Shown one piece after another: positions 24,763 to 36,540 of a DNA stretch of 50,382 nt (its first letter is position 1; each line of letters begins with the position of its first letter). The position numbers were made by a program, and so were the translations under genes. Below the pieces are notes generated by a model. The model had not been told where the DNA came from. It did not search any database and worked only from the letters and a program-made list of their open reading frames with translations. The DNA lies in the NCBI RefSeq assembly GCF_001194135.2, contig NC_068981.1, positions 135,002,413 through 135,052,794 of the forward strand, written 5' to 3'. This DNA comes from Octopus bimaculoides (taxonomy: Eukaryota).

Positions 24763-25610
24763 AGATGGCAGAAACGTTAGTACGCTGGGCTAATTGCTTA
24801 GCAACATTTTGTCCGTCTTTACGTTCTGAGTTCAAATTCTGCCGAGGTCGACTTTTCCTTTAATCCTTTTCGGGGTCGATTTCATCGACTTGCCTCCCCA
24901 AAACTGCTGGCCTTGTTCTAAAAATTGAAACCAATCTGACTTGATTACCCAATATATATTTATAGCATTCATGTTAATAATCATTTTTGCCTATTTGTGC
25001 AGTTTTGAATTTTTATGTAACTAAGATGTGAATCATGACAACTTTGACACTAACTTATTTTATATATTTAGCGTTTTTGGTCAAATTTTCTGACTGTCAA
25101 GTGTAGTTATTATTGCAGTATTTAGCTATGTTCTGAGTTCAAACCCACACTGTGGTTAACCTTGTCTTTACCCTTCCAGGGTAGAAAGTAATGTAAATTA
25201 CCAGTCAAGAACTAGAGCAGATTTTAGGTAACTAACTCCCTCTAAATTTCCAGTTTTCGATCTAGCTAAAAAACCATTGTTACCAAAACTGATCCCCCCC
25301 CCCCATCTATATAAAAAAGTTTCAAAAAAAATCACCCTGGGTCCCATATATGAAGTCGGGTATCCTCTATGCACTAAAAAAAATTTCCTGGATTTGCGCT
25401 GCTGAAAATTATACTATCAAGTACTGTATTTTTTAAATGTGAGCATGGCAGAATTGTTAGAGCGTCGAAGCATATTACCTTCCGGTATTTCTTCCAATTC
25501 TTCACGTTCTGAGTTTAAATGCTGCCGAGGTGAAACTTTGCCTTTCGTTCTTTTGGGATCAAGAAAATAAAGTACCAAAATTTCTACTCTTGTTCTTAAA
25601 TCAGAAGCAT
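24763..25610 (+). mobile_element. Three copies of tRNA-derived SINE family C (about 24763-24935, 25125-25285, 25443-25610)
   Basis: ggcagaa..gttag..ttacgttctgagttcaaattctgccgaggtcgactttgcctttc..ggggtcgat. Confidence 0.8.
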
Positions 25611-25928
25611 CTATCTTTAAAACTTAGTTTTAACGCCTTGTTTTCTCATTCTATTGTTTAAACAGTTTAAATTTCACAAACAGAAATTTGAACAGTTTCG
25701 ATATTTCTTTTTCAATAACATATAATATGATATTGTTGCTGGTATATTATTTTGGTCCACAGGCGCAGGCGTGGCTGTGTGGCAAGACGCTTGCTTCCTA
25801 ACCACATGGCCCCGGGTTTAGTCCCGCTGTGTGCCGCCTTAGACAAATGTCTTCTATTGTAGCCTCTGTCCGACCAAGACTTTGTGGGTGGATTTGGTAG
25901 ATGGAAAAAGCTGGAAGAAGCCCGTCGT

Positions 25929-26057
25929 GATATATAGTTGAAATTTATAGAAAGACGAAAACCGAAGACAGGTGTATGAAAAAGCAAGTGTATTAGTTTG
26001 ACACTCCGGAAAGTGAAAAGGTCTTTTACGTTTCGAGCCTACGCTCTTCAACAGAAA
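25929..26057 (-). mobile_element. Short non-coding insert (probable Penelope-derived LTR-like unit) in the middle of a SINE
   Basis: Interrupts the SINE at its central microsatellite; carries the hammerhead-like motif; runs into the gap. Confidence 0.5.
26021..26057 (-). ncRNA. Minimal type I hammerhead-ribozyme-like motif with variant core
   Basis: Minus strand reads TTT CTGTTGA A GAGC gtag GCTC GAAA C GT A AAAGAC: perfect 4-bp stem II, GAAA, loopless stem III and GUA triplet; stem I is cut by the N-gap; A6 is replaced by U. Confidence 0.55.
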
Positions 26058-26183
26058 NNNNNNNNNNNNNNNNNNNNNNNNNNNNNNNNNNNNNNNNNNN
26101 NNNNNNNNNNNNNNNNNNNNNNNNNNNNNNNNNNNNNNNNNNNNNNNNNNNNNNNNNNNNNNNNNNNNNNNNNNNNNNNNNNN

Positions 26184-26224
<41 letters not shown>

Positions 26225-27060
26225 TGTGTGTGTGTGTGTCCCCTCCACCATCATTTGACAACCAATGCTGGTGTCTTTATGTCCTCCTAACTTAGCTGTT
26301 TGACAAAACAGGCCGATAGAATAAGTACCAGGCTTAAAAAAGAACTGGGGGTTGATTCATTCGACTAAAAATTCAAAGTGATGCCCTAGCATGGTCGCAG
26401 TTTAATGACTGAAACAAGTAAAAGATAAAATTATCGATTTTGCTTGATCTCTTGCCCCTTTCTTACGCTTATTTTCTTAGAATATAGGCTGTTAGGAATC
26501 GGCAATGTGTATTTATATATTTAGTGTCCTTGTTAATTTTCCTGATTAATGTCCTGATTTATTTTCAATATTTTTAAATGTATAACTCGTATCTAAAGAA
26601 ATTAAGAATGTTTTAAATTTTTCTGATAACTAATTCGACTTGCCTAAAGATTAAACCAATTCATCCCGAGTAATTTTCAAAATCTGTTAAAGTACAAAAT
26701 TTTATATATGAACGAATATTTAATAGATACAAGACAATATCGCGTGTAATTTTGATAATTGTTGTGCATACAAAATATAATATTCGATTGATGTAACGAA
26801 TTTTCACAGTTCTGTGTATGAGTTAGAAAATCTCTGGAAAGAATAAATTGATTCTGTTGGGAAAATTGTCACATGTCTTGAAACTAAAGAGTTGCATGAC
26901 TATTATATTATGCAATCTTGATCCATGTATGTGCGAGCTGTTTGCGTGTGTCTATATATGCATGCATTTGTATGTGTATTGTATGCTCATTAGAATATAT
27001 GTACATATAGCTGCGTGTTTTTACTTGTAGCACTATGTGCGTAATACCAGTGTATGTATA

Positions 27061-27105
<45 letters not shown>

Positions 27106-27687
27106 TGTGTTTTTGTGCATAAGAAGAAACAAGAGTACATTTTGGTTATCTCCCCCCGTTTTACGAGAAATATTGGTTCTTTTGGTCATCTCTCTCTACT
27201 AAAAAATTGTTTAACCCTCAATAAAACGAAAAAAATTAACATTTTTATAACAAATCATACCATTCCTATTGAGGAGGCCAAACGTCAACTGTGTGTTGAA
27301 GTATTAAATCAAAAGGATCTCTTTTAATCCAATCTCTGGGGGGTGAGATAACTAGAAAGTACTGAAGCATGTGTGGTATATAGAATGCAAATGTATGCAC
27401 TATTGTATGTATGTAGTAAACAACTTTGAATGTGTGCATACAAATAGTTAGATTTGACGTAATTAGTCTGTTGATGGCGTGGATATATATATTCACTAGA
27501 TTTTTTAAAAATTACTCTATTAATGGTAATTTTCTTTATCCTGCTGTAATTCTAGTCACCGTGCTATGTCTGGGATATAGTTGCCATTGTCTTGAAACGT
27601 AATTAACTGCAAATAAATCTTTTAAGCAGTTTCTGAGACTGCAAACATGGTTTCAATCCCCAGTTAAAGCTATTTTACTTAAAATGT

Positions 27688-27889
27688 CACCTCTTTTGTT
27701 ACTATCTTCCTGTTAAAATACGCCGCTTTGTTTCACTTTTGGTAAATTTACTAAAATAATTTTATTATTCAGTTTGGAACAAATTAACATGGAATTTTGT
27801 TAGATTTTAATTTAGCTCACCCTAAACAGGTAGTTTGTGTGTTATAGAACCAAGAGTAATCTCGAGTGGATTAGTGTCAAAAGGGTTAA
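27688..27889. mobile_element. piggyBac-like MITE, family G
   Basis: Homologous to 14731 element; ends gtgtcaaaagggTTAA. Confidence 0.7.
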
Positions 27890-28699
27890 GCGGCGCACTA
27901 TTTCTTTTCCATTCCATTTATATTTTTATAGTAGAAGAACAATTAGGTTAACAGGTGTGAAAGAAAAATACTTCAAAGCAATAACAATTTAATTTTTTGT
28001 TTTAGAAAATTTTCTTTTTATTGTCTATTAGGGGGGGGGGTGAGCTAATTGCTCATTATTATTTATTCTTTACTGAACTTATATTTATTTATATTTTGTC
28101 CGATTTAGATATATTACTTTAAATGTTATCTTACAAACACCACGGAAGTGGTATTCTAGATTTCATTCAGTTCATCTTGTATGGTCTGTGCGCGCGCCTA
28201 CACACATACAGACTAACTGAAGTCCAACTCTGAGTTTAAAATGTTTTACTCATTATTTACTTCTGTGTTTTAAACGTTATCTTATCAACACCGCTGTTTT
28301 CATTCTGTTTATCATGTAGCAATGTTCGTTATATATACTCTACAGCGACACAGAATAAGTGAAACCCAAGTTTTAGAGTAAAGTGCTTGATCTTTACCAG
28401 TTTTTAATTTACCTCAACAAAAAAATAAATGTTGCATTTAGAAATGTTATAAAGGTTAATTCGTTTGACTTAGGTTGAGGCTATTGTTTTTATGGAAAGG
28501 TGAATGGAACGTAAGCCACAACCACATAGGCATACATAACACCTATGTATATGATACAAAACCAAGCAAAACACAAAGATGAGCGAAAAAAAAAAAAATT
28601 TTAATTTAGCTGTTTTTTTTTTTTCTGTATTTCCATTAATACATACAATAGTGTTTTCTCAATGAACAATACTTTTAAAGTATGTAGTTTTATGTATGT

Positions 28700-28735
<36 letters not shown>

Positions 28736-28914
28736 NNNNNNNNNNNNNNNNNNNNNNNNNNNNNNNNNNNNNNNNNNNNNNNNNNNNNNNNNNNNNNNNN
28801 NNNNNNNNNNNNNNNNNNNNNNNNNNNATATATAATACAAATAATATGTGAGTATATGCATATATACGTACATGTATGTACATACCTACATCTACATGTA
28901 TATATAGATGCATA

Positions 28915-29110
28915 TCTGGATACAGGACGTCACAAGAAAACGTGGGCAAAATGAGAAGCAGAACATAAACAGAGCACAGAAAACACACAGGCCACATAGC
29001 GAACATTTCCTTCATCAGCTGCCACTATTCTAAAACTAAGCGTTTCGAAACACTCGGGTCATGCTTGTTGAGGGAAACTAAAGCAACAAATTGAATAGAA
29101 GTGAGTGATT
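28915..29110. repeat. Unclassified insert beside a (TA)n tract with hammerhead half-motifs
   Basis: Composition distinct from flanks; minus strand has tttcGAAAcgc and CTGATGAagg 20 nt apart. Confidence 0.35.
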
Positions 29111-29127
29111 ATCAGAGATGCTAAATG

Positions 29128-29450
29128 TATCATCATCATTTAACGTCCGCTTTCCATGGGTTGGATGGTTTGACTGAAAACCTGTAAGCCAGGGAGCTGC
29201 ACCAAGTTCCAATCTGATATGGCATGGTTTCTACGGCTGGATGCCCTTCCTAACGCCAACCACTCCAAGAGTGTAGTGGGTGCTTTTTACGTGCCAACGG
29301 TACGGGCACTATTGACGTGACATCGGCAGCAGCCACAACTATGATCTCACTTGGCTTGATAGGCCTTCACAAGCACGGTGTATCGCCAAAGGTCTTGGTC
29401 ACCTGTCACTACCTCCATGAGGTCCAACGCTGGAACGATGATTTTACGTG
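29128..29450 (-). mobile_element. RTE 3' fragment, CpG-retaining
   Basis: atcatcatcattttaacgtccgctttccatggg...ttctacggctggatgcccttcctaacgcc. Confidence 0.85.
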
Positions 29451-30320
29451 TAGCTAGTTAGTATTTTTGTCACAAATTATATTTATTAGTTTCTCTCTCT
29501 TTCTCTCTCCCATGCACACATATGCACATATAAAATTAGATATAAAACTCTTTAGTTTTCGAAATAGTATCATCCACATAACATTTATTAAGTATATATT
29601 TATGTATATTCTTCAATTTGCTTTCTTTCATGTTAGTCCGCTTTCCCATGTTTGCCTTCCCTGATCATGAACTCTTATCTCTTTCTCTAAGTAAAGGATT
29701 TCAATATTTTACACATCTCCCAAATGAGGAAATTGCTGGCACTGTTATCGATAACACCAACTGCAGTGACCTGTAGTAGAAANNNNNNNNNNNNNNNNNN
29801 NNNNNNNNNNNNNNNNNNNNNNNNNNNNNNNNNNNNNNNNNNNNNNNNNNNNNNNNNNNNNNNNNNNNNNNNNNNNNNNNNNNNNNNNNNNNNNNNNNNN
29901 NNNNNNNNNNNNNNNNNNNNNNNNNNNNNNNNNNNNNNNNNNNNNNNNNNNNNNNNNNNNNNNNNNNNNNNNNNNNNNNNNNNNNNNNNNNNNNNNNNNN
30001 NNNNNNNNNNNNNNNNNNNNNNNNNNNNNNNNNNNNNNNNNNNNNNNNNNNNNNNNNNNNNNNNNNNNNNNNNNNNNNNNNNNNNNNNNNNNNNNNNNNN
30101 NNNNNNNNNNNNNNNNNNNNNNNNNNNNNNNNNNNNNNNNNNNNNNNNNNNNNNNNNNNNNNNNNNNNNNNNNNNNNNNNNNNNNNNNNNNNNNNNNNNN
30201 NNNNNNNNNNNNNNNNNNNNNNNNNNNNNNNNNNNNNNNNNNNNNNNNNNNNNNNNNNNNNNNNNNNNNNNNNNNNNNNNNNNNNNNNNNNNNNNNNNNN
30301 NNNNNNNNNNNNNNNNNNNN

Positions 30321-30352
<32 letters not shown>

Positions 30353-30960
30353 CCTTTCCTGAGCGTCCAATAATACTATCCATATCATGTCCTCACTTTG
30401 TTGTTTTTTTGTTATTGTTTTTTTGAACTATATATATATATAGTGTGTGTTTGGGTACCAAACCCATCATGTGTGTGTGTGTGTGCACATGTCTATGTAA
30501 GTACACACACACGTATATATGCATATTTTCATGTGTGTGTTCTTTTACCATTTCCTTGCCTTGACATCATGTGATAGTTGTAAGCAAGTGTCACTATTAT
30601 GCAAGTGATGTTCTTTGTTTTCAATCTTCCATGAAAACATGTCTGGGTGTGGTGAATATTACCTTCCTTGGAAACAGGTGAGAGTTGGTGACAGGAAGGG
30701 CATCTTGTAGTACACAATGTGTCTGATCTATGTAAGCATGGAAAAATGGAGGTTTCATATATTATGTGGATAACACTATTTTCAATGGAGACTTTAAAGT
30801 TTATCTGATTATTCAGGTGCTTAAATTCTGTGTATGTACATACATTTACTCTATTGCTAACCATTTATCAATGGTCTCTATCACAGTTTTGTTGTGCCAC
30901 TTTTTATCACTGGTAAAACTGTCAGCATTTTTGACGTGCGTGTGTGTGTGTGCGCGCATA

Positions 30961-31196
30961 CAGGATGGCCCAAAAGTAGGTTTACAGTTATTCAACTATC
31001 TCTTTCGCATTCATTTATTAACAGTTTAGATCTTAATAATGAAAAAAATACGAGACCATTATTCTATTCTAATTTAGTTAATTTTGTCAAGCTCCCTTTT
31101 CAGTTTGTAAGATAGAAATTTAAATGTAATAAAATGTTTTAAAAGAAATTTAAAGTGCCTACGTGATAACTGTAAACCTACTTTTGGGCCACCCTG
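30961..31196. mobile_element. Tc1/mariner-pogo MITE
   Basis: TIRs caggatggcccaaaagtaggtttacagtta / taactgtaaacctacttttgggccaccctg; TA on both flanks. Confidence 0.9.
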
Positions 31197-31202
31197 TATA
31201 TA

Positions 31203-31495
31203 ATTTTACTTGTTTCAATCATTGGAATGGGGCACTGCTTTGATGGGTTTTAGTCTAATAAATTAACCTAGTGCTTCTCTTTCTTTTTATGTCTGGTGTT
31301 CTATCAGTTTCTTTTGCTGGATTTCTAAAATATAGAGATGAAACAAACCAGCATTGGTTGTCAAGTGGTGGCGATCATACACACACACACACACACACAT
31401 GATGGGCTTCCACACAGTTTCTGTCTGGCAAATTCACTCAAGGCATTGGTCAGTCGAGGACTATAGTAGAAGTCACTTGCCCAAAGTGCCATGCA
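31203..31495 (-). mobile_element. Composite SINE (A core, tail B)
   Basis: ttttacttgtttcaatcattgg.., (CA)n, gggcttccacacagtttctgtc..ctatagtagaag. Confidence 0.78.
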
Positions 31496-31717
31496 GAGCT
31501 AGGTGGGTCAGTATTGTGTATTTATATTGATTATGTAACATGCCAACACATGGTCTTGTAGTATCAGTAAAATATGTTTAACCTGATCGAGCCTTTATCT
31601 TTTCATTGATAACAAAAGCATTACAACTCTATTGTGAAAGAGTCCAATATTAATGGCTTTGTTATTGAATGCATGCTATTTTTGATTGGTTGTTCTGTAA
31701 TAATATAATAATAATAA

Positions 31718-32160
31718 TAATCCTTTCTACTAAAAGGCACAAGGCCTGAAATTTTGGGGGTGGTGACTAGTTGATTACATTGACCCCTAGTACTCAACTG
31801 GCACTTAATTTATCGACCCCCAAAAGGATGAAAGGTAAAATCGACCTCGGCAGAATTTAAACTCAGAAGGTGAAGACAAACAAAACACCATTAAGCATTT
31901 TACCTGGTATGCTAATGAGTCTGCTAGCTTGCCGCCTTAATGATAATAATAATCCTTTCTGCTATAGGCACAAGGCCTGACATTTGTGAGGAATAGACTA
32001 GTTGATTACATCAACCCCAGTGTTTCACTGGTACTTAATTTATATCTCCTGAAAGAACAAAAGGCAAAGTTGACCTCAGCGGAATTTGAACTCATAACAT
32101 AGCAATGGGCGAATGCATTTTGTCCAGCATGCTAGCAATTCTGCCGGCTCACCATCTTGA
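31718..32160 (-). mobile_element. Two tandem family C SINEs, each with an (AAT)n-adjacent 3' end
   Basis: aggcacaaggcctga..gactagttgattacat..aaaggcaaagttgacctcagcggaatttgaactc, twice. Confidence 0.82.
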
Positions 32161-32538
32161 TAATAATAATAATAGAATTGATGTTCCTGTTATTACAATA
32201 ATTGGGTTGTGTATGGCAAGGTAGTGAGAATTGAAGTTTACATGGGAAAAAACAAAACTGTGTAGGAAAAGATAAAATTAATAATTTGAAGTTTACTGGT
32301 TAAAGTTTGGGGAAAATTATATTTTTATATTGTGCTTACTCTGATACTACAGGAATAATTTCATTACTATTTACTGTATTTGATGGTATAAAAGATGTAC
32401 GGGTATATTAGATGCTTCCCAATTGCAGCAGTGCATATTTAGGGAAAAGTGGGTGTCAGAGACAAAATTTGCTGATGGGAAGTCCAACTTTGCATAGAGG
32501 ACCCAGGATGATTTTGTATTATTTTTTTAAAGGTATTT

Positions 32539-32766
32539 TTAAAACCCTTTCGATACCAACGCGGCTGAAACTGCCTCTGGCTCTGTAGTACAAATGTCTT
32601 GTTTTCATAAGTTTCGAATCAAAATCTTCCACCAAACCTTAGTCACAATTTATGTTCCTAACACTAGCTTAATGATAACTTATTTTACTAAATTCTTTGT
32701 TGTATTTAAAATTAATTGAAAGAAACACAGAGCATCTCAAAATAAATACGGTAATGAAAGGGTTAA
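32539..32766. mobile_element. piggyBac-like MITE, family G, opposite orientation
   Basis: aaccctttcgataccaac ... aatgaaagggTTAA. Confidence 0.75.
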
Positions 32767-33061
32767 AGGAAAAAAAATTGTCTTATATGCCATAAAATAT
32801 GGTAGTTTGGCTAGGTGATGATGTTTATCTGTGAATAGGACTATTAGATGGGAAAGGCATTCAGTGTTATGTTCTTTGAAACATCTAGTTGGTTATTAAT
32901 AAAAGAGGATGGTTCTTTATGATTAGTAAAAAGAAGACAAATTAGTAACTGTATAATCCAATAAAATGAAATGAGAATTAAGTGTTTTAATCTCAAATTT
33001 TGCCTCCTGTTCTACTCTCATAAATTTTCCATAATCACAACATAATTGTTCAGGCTGTTAT

Positions 33062-33770
33062 TCTCTTTTTCCTGTTTCAGTCATTTGAGTGTGGCCATGC
33101 TGGAGCACCACCTTTAGTCGAGCAAAAATTGACCCTAGGACTTATTCTTTGTATACCTAGTACTTATTCTATCGGTCTCTTTTGCTGAACCGCTAGGTTA
33201 CAGGGACTTAAACACATCAGCATCAGTTGTCAAGCGATGTGGGGGGGGGGACAAACACACACACACACACACACACACAACAGACTTCTTTCAATTTCTG
33301 TCTACCAAATCCACTCATAAAGCTTTGGTTGGCCCGAAGCTATAGTAGAAGACACTTGCCCAAAGTGCCATGCAGTGGTACTGAACCCAAAACCATGTGG
33401 TTGCTAAGCAAGCTACTTACCACACAGCCACTCCTGCATTTTTGGAATGTATGTCTGTGTGGTTAAGGAGTTTATTTTGAAACCACATGGCTTCAGGCTA
33501 AATTCTAGTATGCTGCACCTCAGGCAAGTATCTTCTATGACCCTTGACTGGCCAATAGCTTGTGAGTAAATTTGGTAGGTGGAAACTACAGGAAAGCCCA
33601 TCATGTGTGCGTGTGTGTGTGCATTTTTGTCTCTGTTTGGTAACTGATGTTTGTTGTATTACTGTAACAAGTACCAGACTTTAGAAAAAATAAGTACTAG
33701 GGATGATTTGATCAACGAAACCCTTAGGTGGTGCCCTAGCATGGCTGAAGTTCAATGACTGAAACTGTTA
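33062..33770. mobile_element. Two full composite SINEs head-to-head (minus 33062-33435, plus 33452-33770)
   Basis: Both have A head, microsatellite and tail B in opposite orientation; spacer under 20 bp. Confidence 0.8.
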
Positions 33771-33798
33771 AAAATACACATATTTATACATACACATA

Positions 33799-33846
<48 letters not shown>

Positions 33847-33873
33847 TCTCTCTCTCTCTCTCTCTGTATATAT

Positions 33874-34010
33874 ATCATCATCATAGATTTGTTTTCCATT
33901 CTAGCATGGGTTGGACAGTTTGTCAGGGGCTGGCTGAGCAAAAGACTACACCAGGCTTCACTGTCTGCTTTGGCAGGGTTTTTATAGCTGGATGCCCTTC
34001 CTAACACCAC
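33874..34010 (-). mobile_element. RTE 3'UTR fragment
   Basis: catcatcatcat..ttccattctagcatgggttggacag..gctggatgcccttcctaac. Confidence 0.75.
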
Positions 34011-34609
34011 ACACACACACACATACACACAGATGTCATTCTGTTTACATTGTAGATTGGTTCCATGTGTTACCATTCGAATTGGAAATGCATAAAACAA
34101 GGGAGATATAATTTTAATGATATTATTATTAATAATAAAGATAAACAAAATTCAAACAACTGTTAAAATGAAGATAATAAATAAGCTTGATTACTGTGTT
34201 GTGTGTGTGGAGGCACTATCATAATATTTGGCTTTATCTTTCGTCCAAAATAACAGAGCTATGTTCATTGTTTACATGAAATTACTACAAAAATAGGATG
34301 TATGTTTTAAAGTTATTGAATATATATTGATTAATCTGACTCTGACTTTTTTCTTTATTTATATCAAACTGTTTCATAGTTTCTGTTGAATTCGTTCATT
34401 TCCATTTTGAAGTTGATTTGGTATGTTCAGTTTCATGACCAGAGAAATTCACTTGGCATGTAAAACTATATTATTTAGTTTTGAAAATATTTAAAACTAT
34501 GCTGAAGTAAAACCATGCAAACCAAGTGCTGTGTAAATTGTAAGACACCCCTACATGTGTGTATTTCTCTCTCTCTCTTACTCTCTCTCTCTTGTTTTGT
34601 TTTATATAT

Positions 34610-35607
34610 NNNNNNNNNNNNNNNNNNNNNNNNNNNNNNNNNNNNNNNNNNNNNNNNNNNNNNNNNNNNNNNNNNNNNNNNNNNNNNNNNNNNNNNNNNN
34701 NNNNNNNNNNNNNNNNNNNNNNNNNNNNNNNNNNNNNNNNNNNNNNNNNNNNNNNNNNNNNNNNNNNNNNNNNNNNNNNNNNNNNNNNNNNNNNNNNNNN
34801 NNNNNNNNNNNNNNNNNNNNNNNNNNNNNNNNNNNNNNNNNNNNNNNNNNNNNNNNNNNNNNNNNNNNNNNNNNNNNNNNNNNNNNNNNNNNNNNNNNNN
34901 NNNNNNNNNNNNNNNNNNNNNNNNNNNNNNNNNNNNNNNNNNNNNNNNNNNNNNNNNNNNNNNNNNNNNNNNNNNNNNNNNNNNNNNNNNNNNNNNNNNN
35001 NNNNNNNNNNNNNNNNNNNNNNNNNNNNNNNNNNNNNNNNNNNNNNNNNNNNNNNNNNNNNNNNNNNNNNNNNNNNNNNNNNNNNNNNNNNNNNNNNNNN
35101 NNNNNNNNNNNNNNNNNNNNNNNNNNNNNNNNNNNNNNNNNNNNNNNNNNNNNNNNNNNNNNNNNNNNNNNNNNNNNNNNNNNNNNNNNNNNNNNNNNNN
35201 NNNNNNNNNNNNNNNNNNNNNNNNNNNNNNNNNNNNNNNNNNNNNNNNNNNNNNNNNNNNNNNNNNNNNNNNNNNNNNNNNNNNNNNNNNNNNNNNNNNN
35301 NNNNNNNNNNNNNNNNNNNNNNNNNNNNNNNNNNNNNNNNNNNNNNNNNNNNNNNNNNNNNNNNNNNNNNNNNNNNNNNNNNNNNNNNNNNNNNNNNNNN
35401 NNNNNNNNNNNNNNNNNNNNNNNNNNNNNNNNNNNNNNNNNNNNNNNNNNNNNNNNNNNNNNNNNNNNNNNNNNNNNNNNNNNNNNNNNNNNNNNNNNNN
35501 NNNNNNNNNNNNNNNNNNNNNNNNNNNNNNNNNNNNNNNNNNNNNNNNNNNNNNNNNNNNNNNNNNNNNNNNNNNNNNNNNNNNNNNNNNNNNNNNNNNN
35601 NNNNNNT
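34610..35607. other. Assembly gap; other gaps at 2642-2871, about 5516-5525, 20425-20449, 26058-26183, 28737-28827, 29783-30320, 49995-50004
   Basis: N runs, mostly abutting microsatellites. Confidence 0.99.
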
Positions 35608-36159
35608 GAGAGGAGGTTCTAGAAATTTCACACTGCCTTGGTTTTGTTGCCTCATTTTATTCAAAATCACACACAGACCACTTATATCGTCAGTGTATCA
35701 TATATCTGAAAAAGAAGCACACTTTAAAGCAGAGAGCAGTATGTATTTATATGCAGTTAAGTCTATGTCCAGTCATAGAGTGACCAATGGTTTTGCATCC
35801 ATAAAAGGCTTAGCCCTATGGACAACCTGTCAGGCTCTAAAACTGAAGATATATAATTCTTCTGCTCTGGAAGCTCCTAGAGTTGAAGAATTATATAAAT
35901 GTTCTAGCTAATTATTTGTGATGTCTGAAGAAGTATGTCAAATTCTTTAAGCAATATGAGAAAACAATAAAAGTGGGCTGGAAATAAAAATGCTGAGATA
36001 ACAGCTGACTAGATTAGACTTGATTGCTGTTCAAAGGTAGATTTCAGTTGCAACAATATCCATGCAACTATTTGCAGCTGTAATTCTGTTCAATATATGT
36101 ATGACTGGATTAAATCTTGGCCTGGGGCTCTTTCTCTCCCTCTCACCTGCAATAGGTTT

Positions 36160-36540
36160 ATGCATGGCTGTGTGGTTAAGAATCTCGCTTTGAAACCAAG
36201 TGGTTTTGGGTTCAGCACCTTGAGCAAATGTCTTCTACTATAGCCCCAGGCTGACGGAAGCCTTGGGAGTGAATTTAGTAGACAGAAACTGAAAGAAGCC
36301 TGTTATGTGTAATGTGTTTGTGTGTGTATGTGTGCATATCTATATATGTGTGTCTATTTGTGTGTAGTATTGTCTTGACATCATTTGATAGTTCTAAACG
36401 ACCATGTTGTTTCGGAGAATGTTACCTTTTTTTGGGAAGTGAGGGTTGGTGAGAGGAAGTGCATCCAACTGTTGGAAATCTACAATTTCCATCTGACTCG
36501 TGTAAGCTTAGAAAAAAATGTATGTTAAATGATGATGATA
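36160..36540 (+). mobile_element. Composite SINE: A head, (TG)n, RTE-type tail E ending in (GAT)n
   Basis: Head matches family A; after the microsatellite comes gtcttgacatcatttgatag..ggttggtgagaggaagtgcatcc..gttaaatgatgatgat. Confidence 0.78.

Larger units (their letters stand above)
25760..26430 (+). mobile_element. Composite SINE (A head, tail B), CpG-rich, with PLE-like insert and gap in the centre
   Basis: ggcgcaggcgtggctgtgtggcaagacgcttgc... head; tail ends gaaacaagtaaaagataaaa. Confidence 0.85.

Noticed and set aside
34471-35911. Long ORFs of 355-450 aa in the track (also 2436-3026, 25854-26261, 28601-29015, 29687-30388)
   Set aside because: They run through N-gaps; the X residues hide stops.
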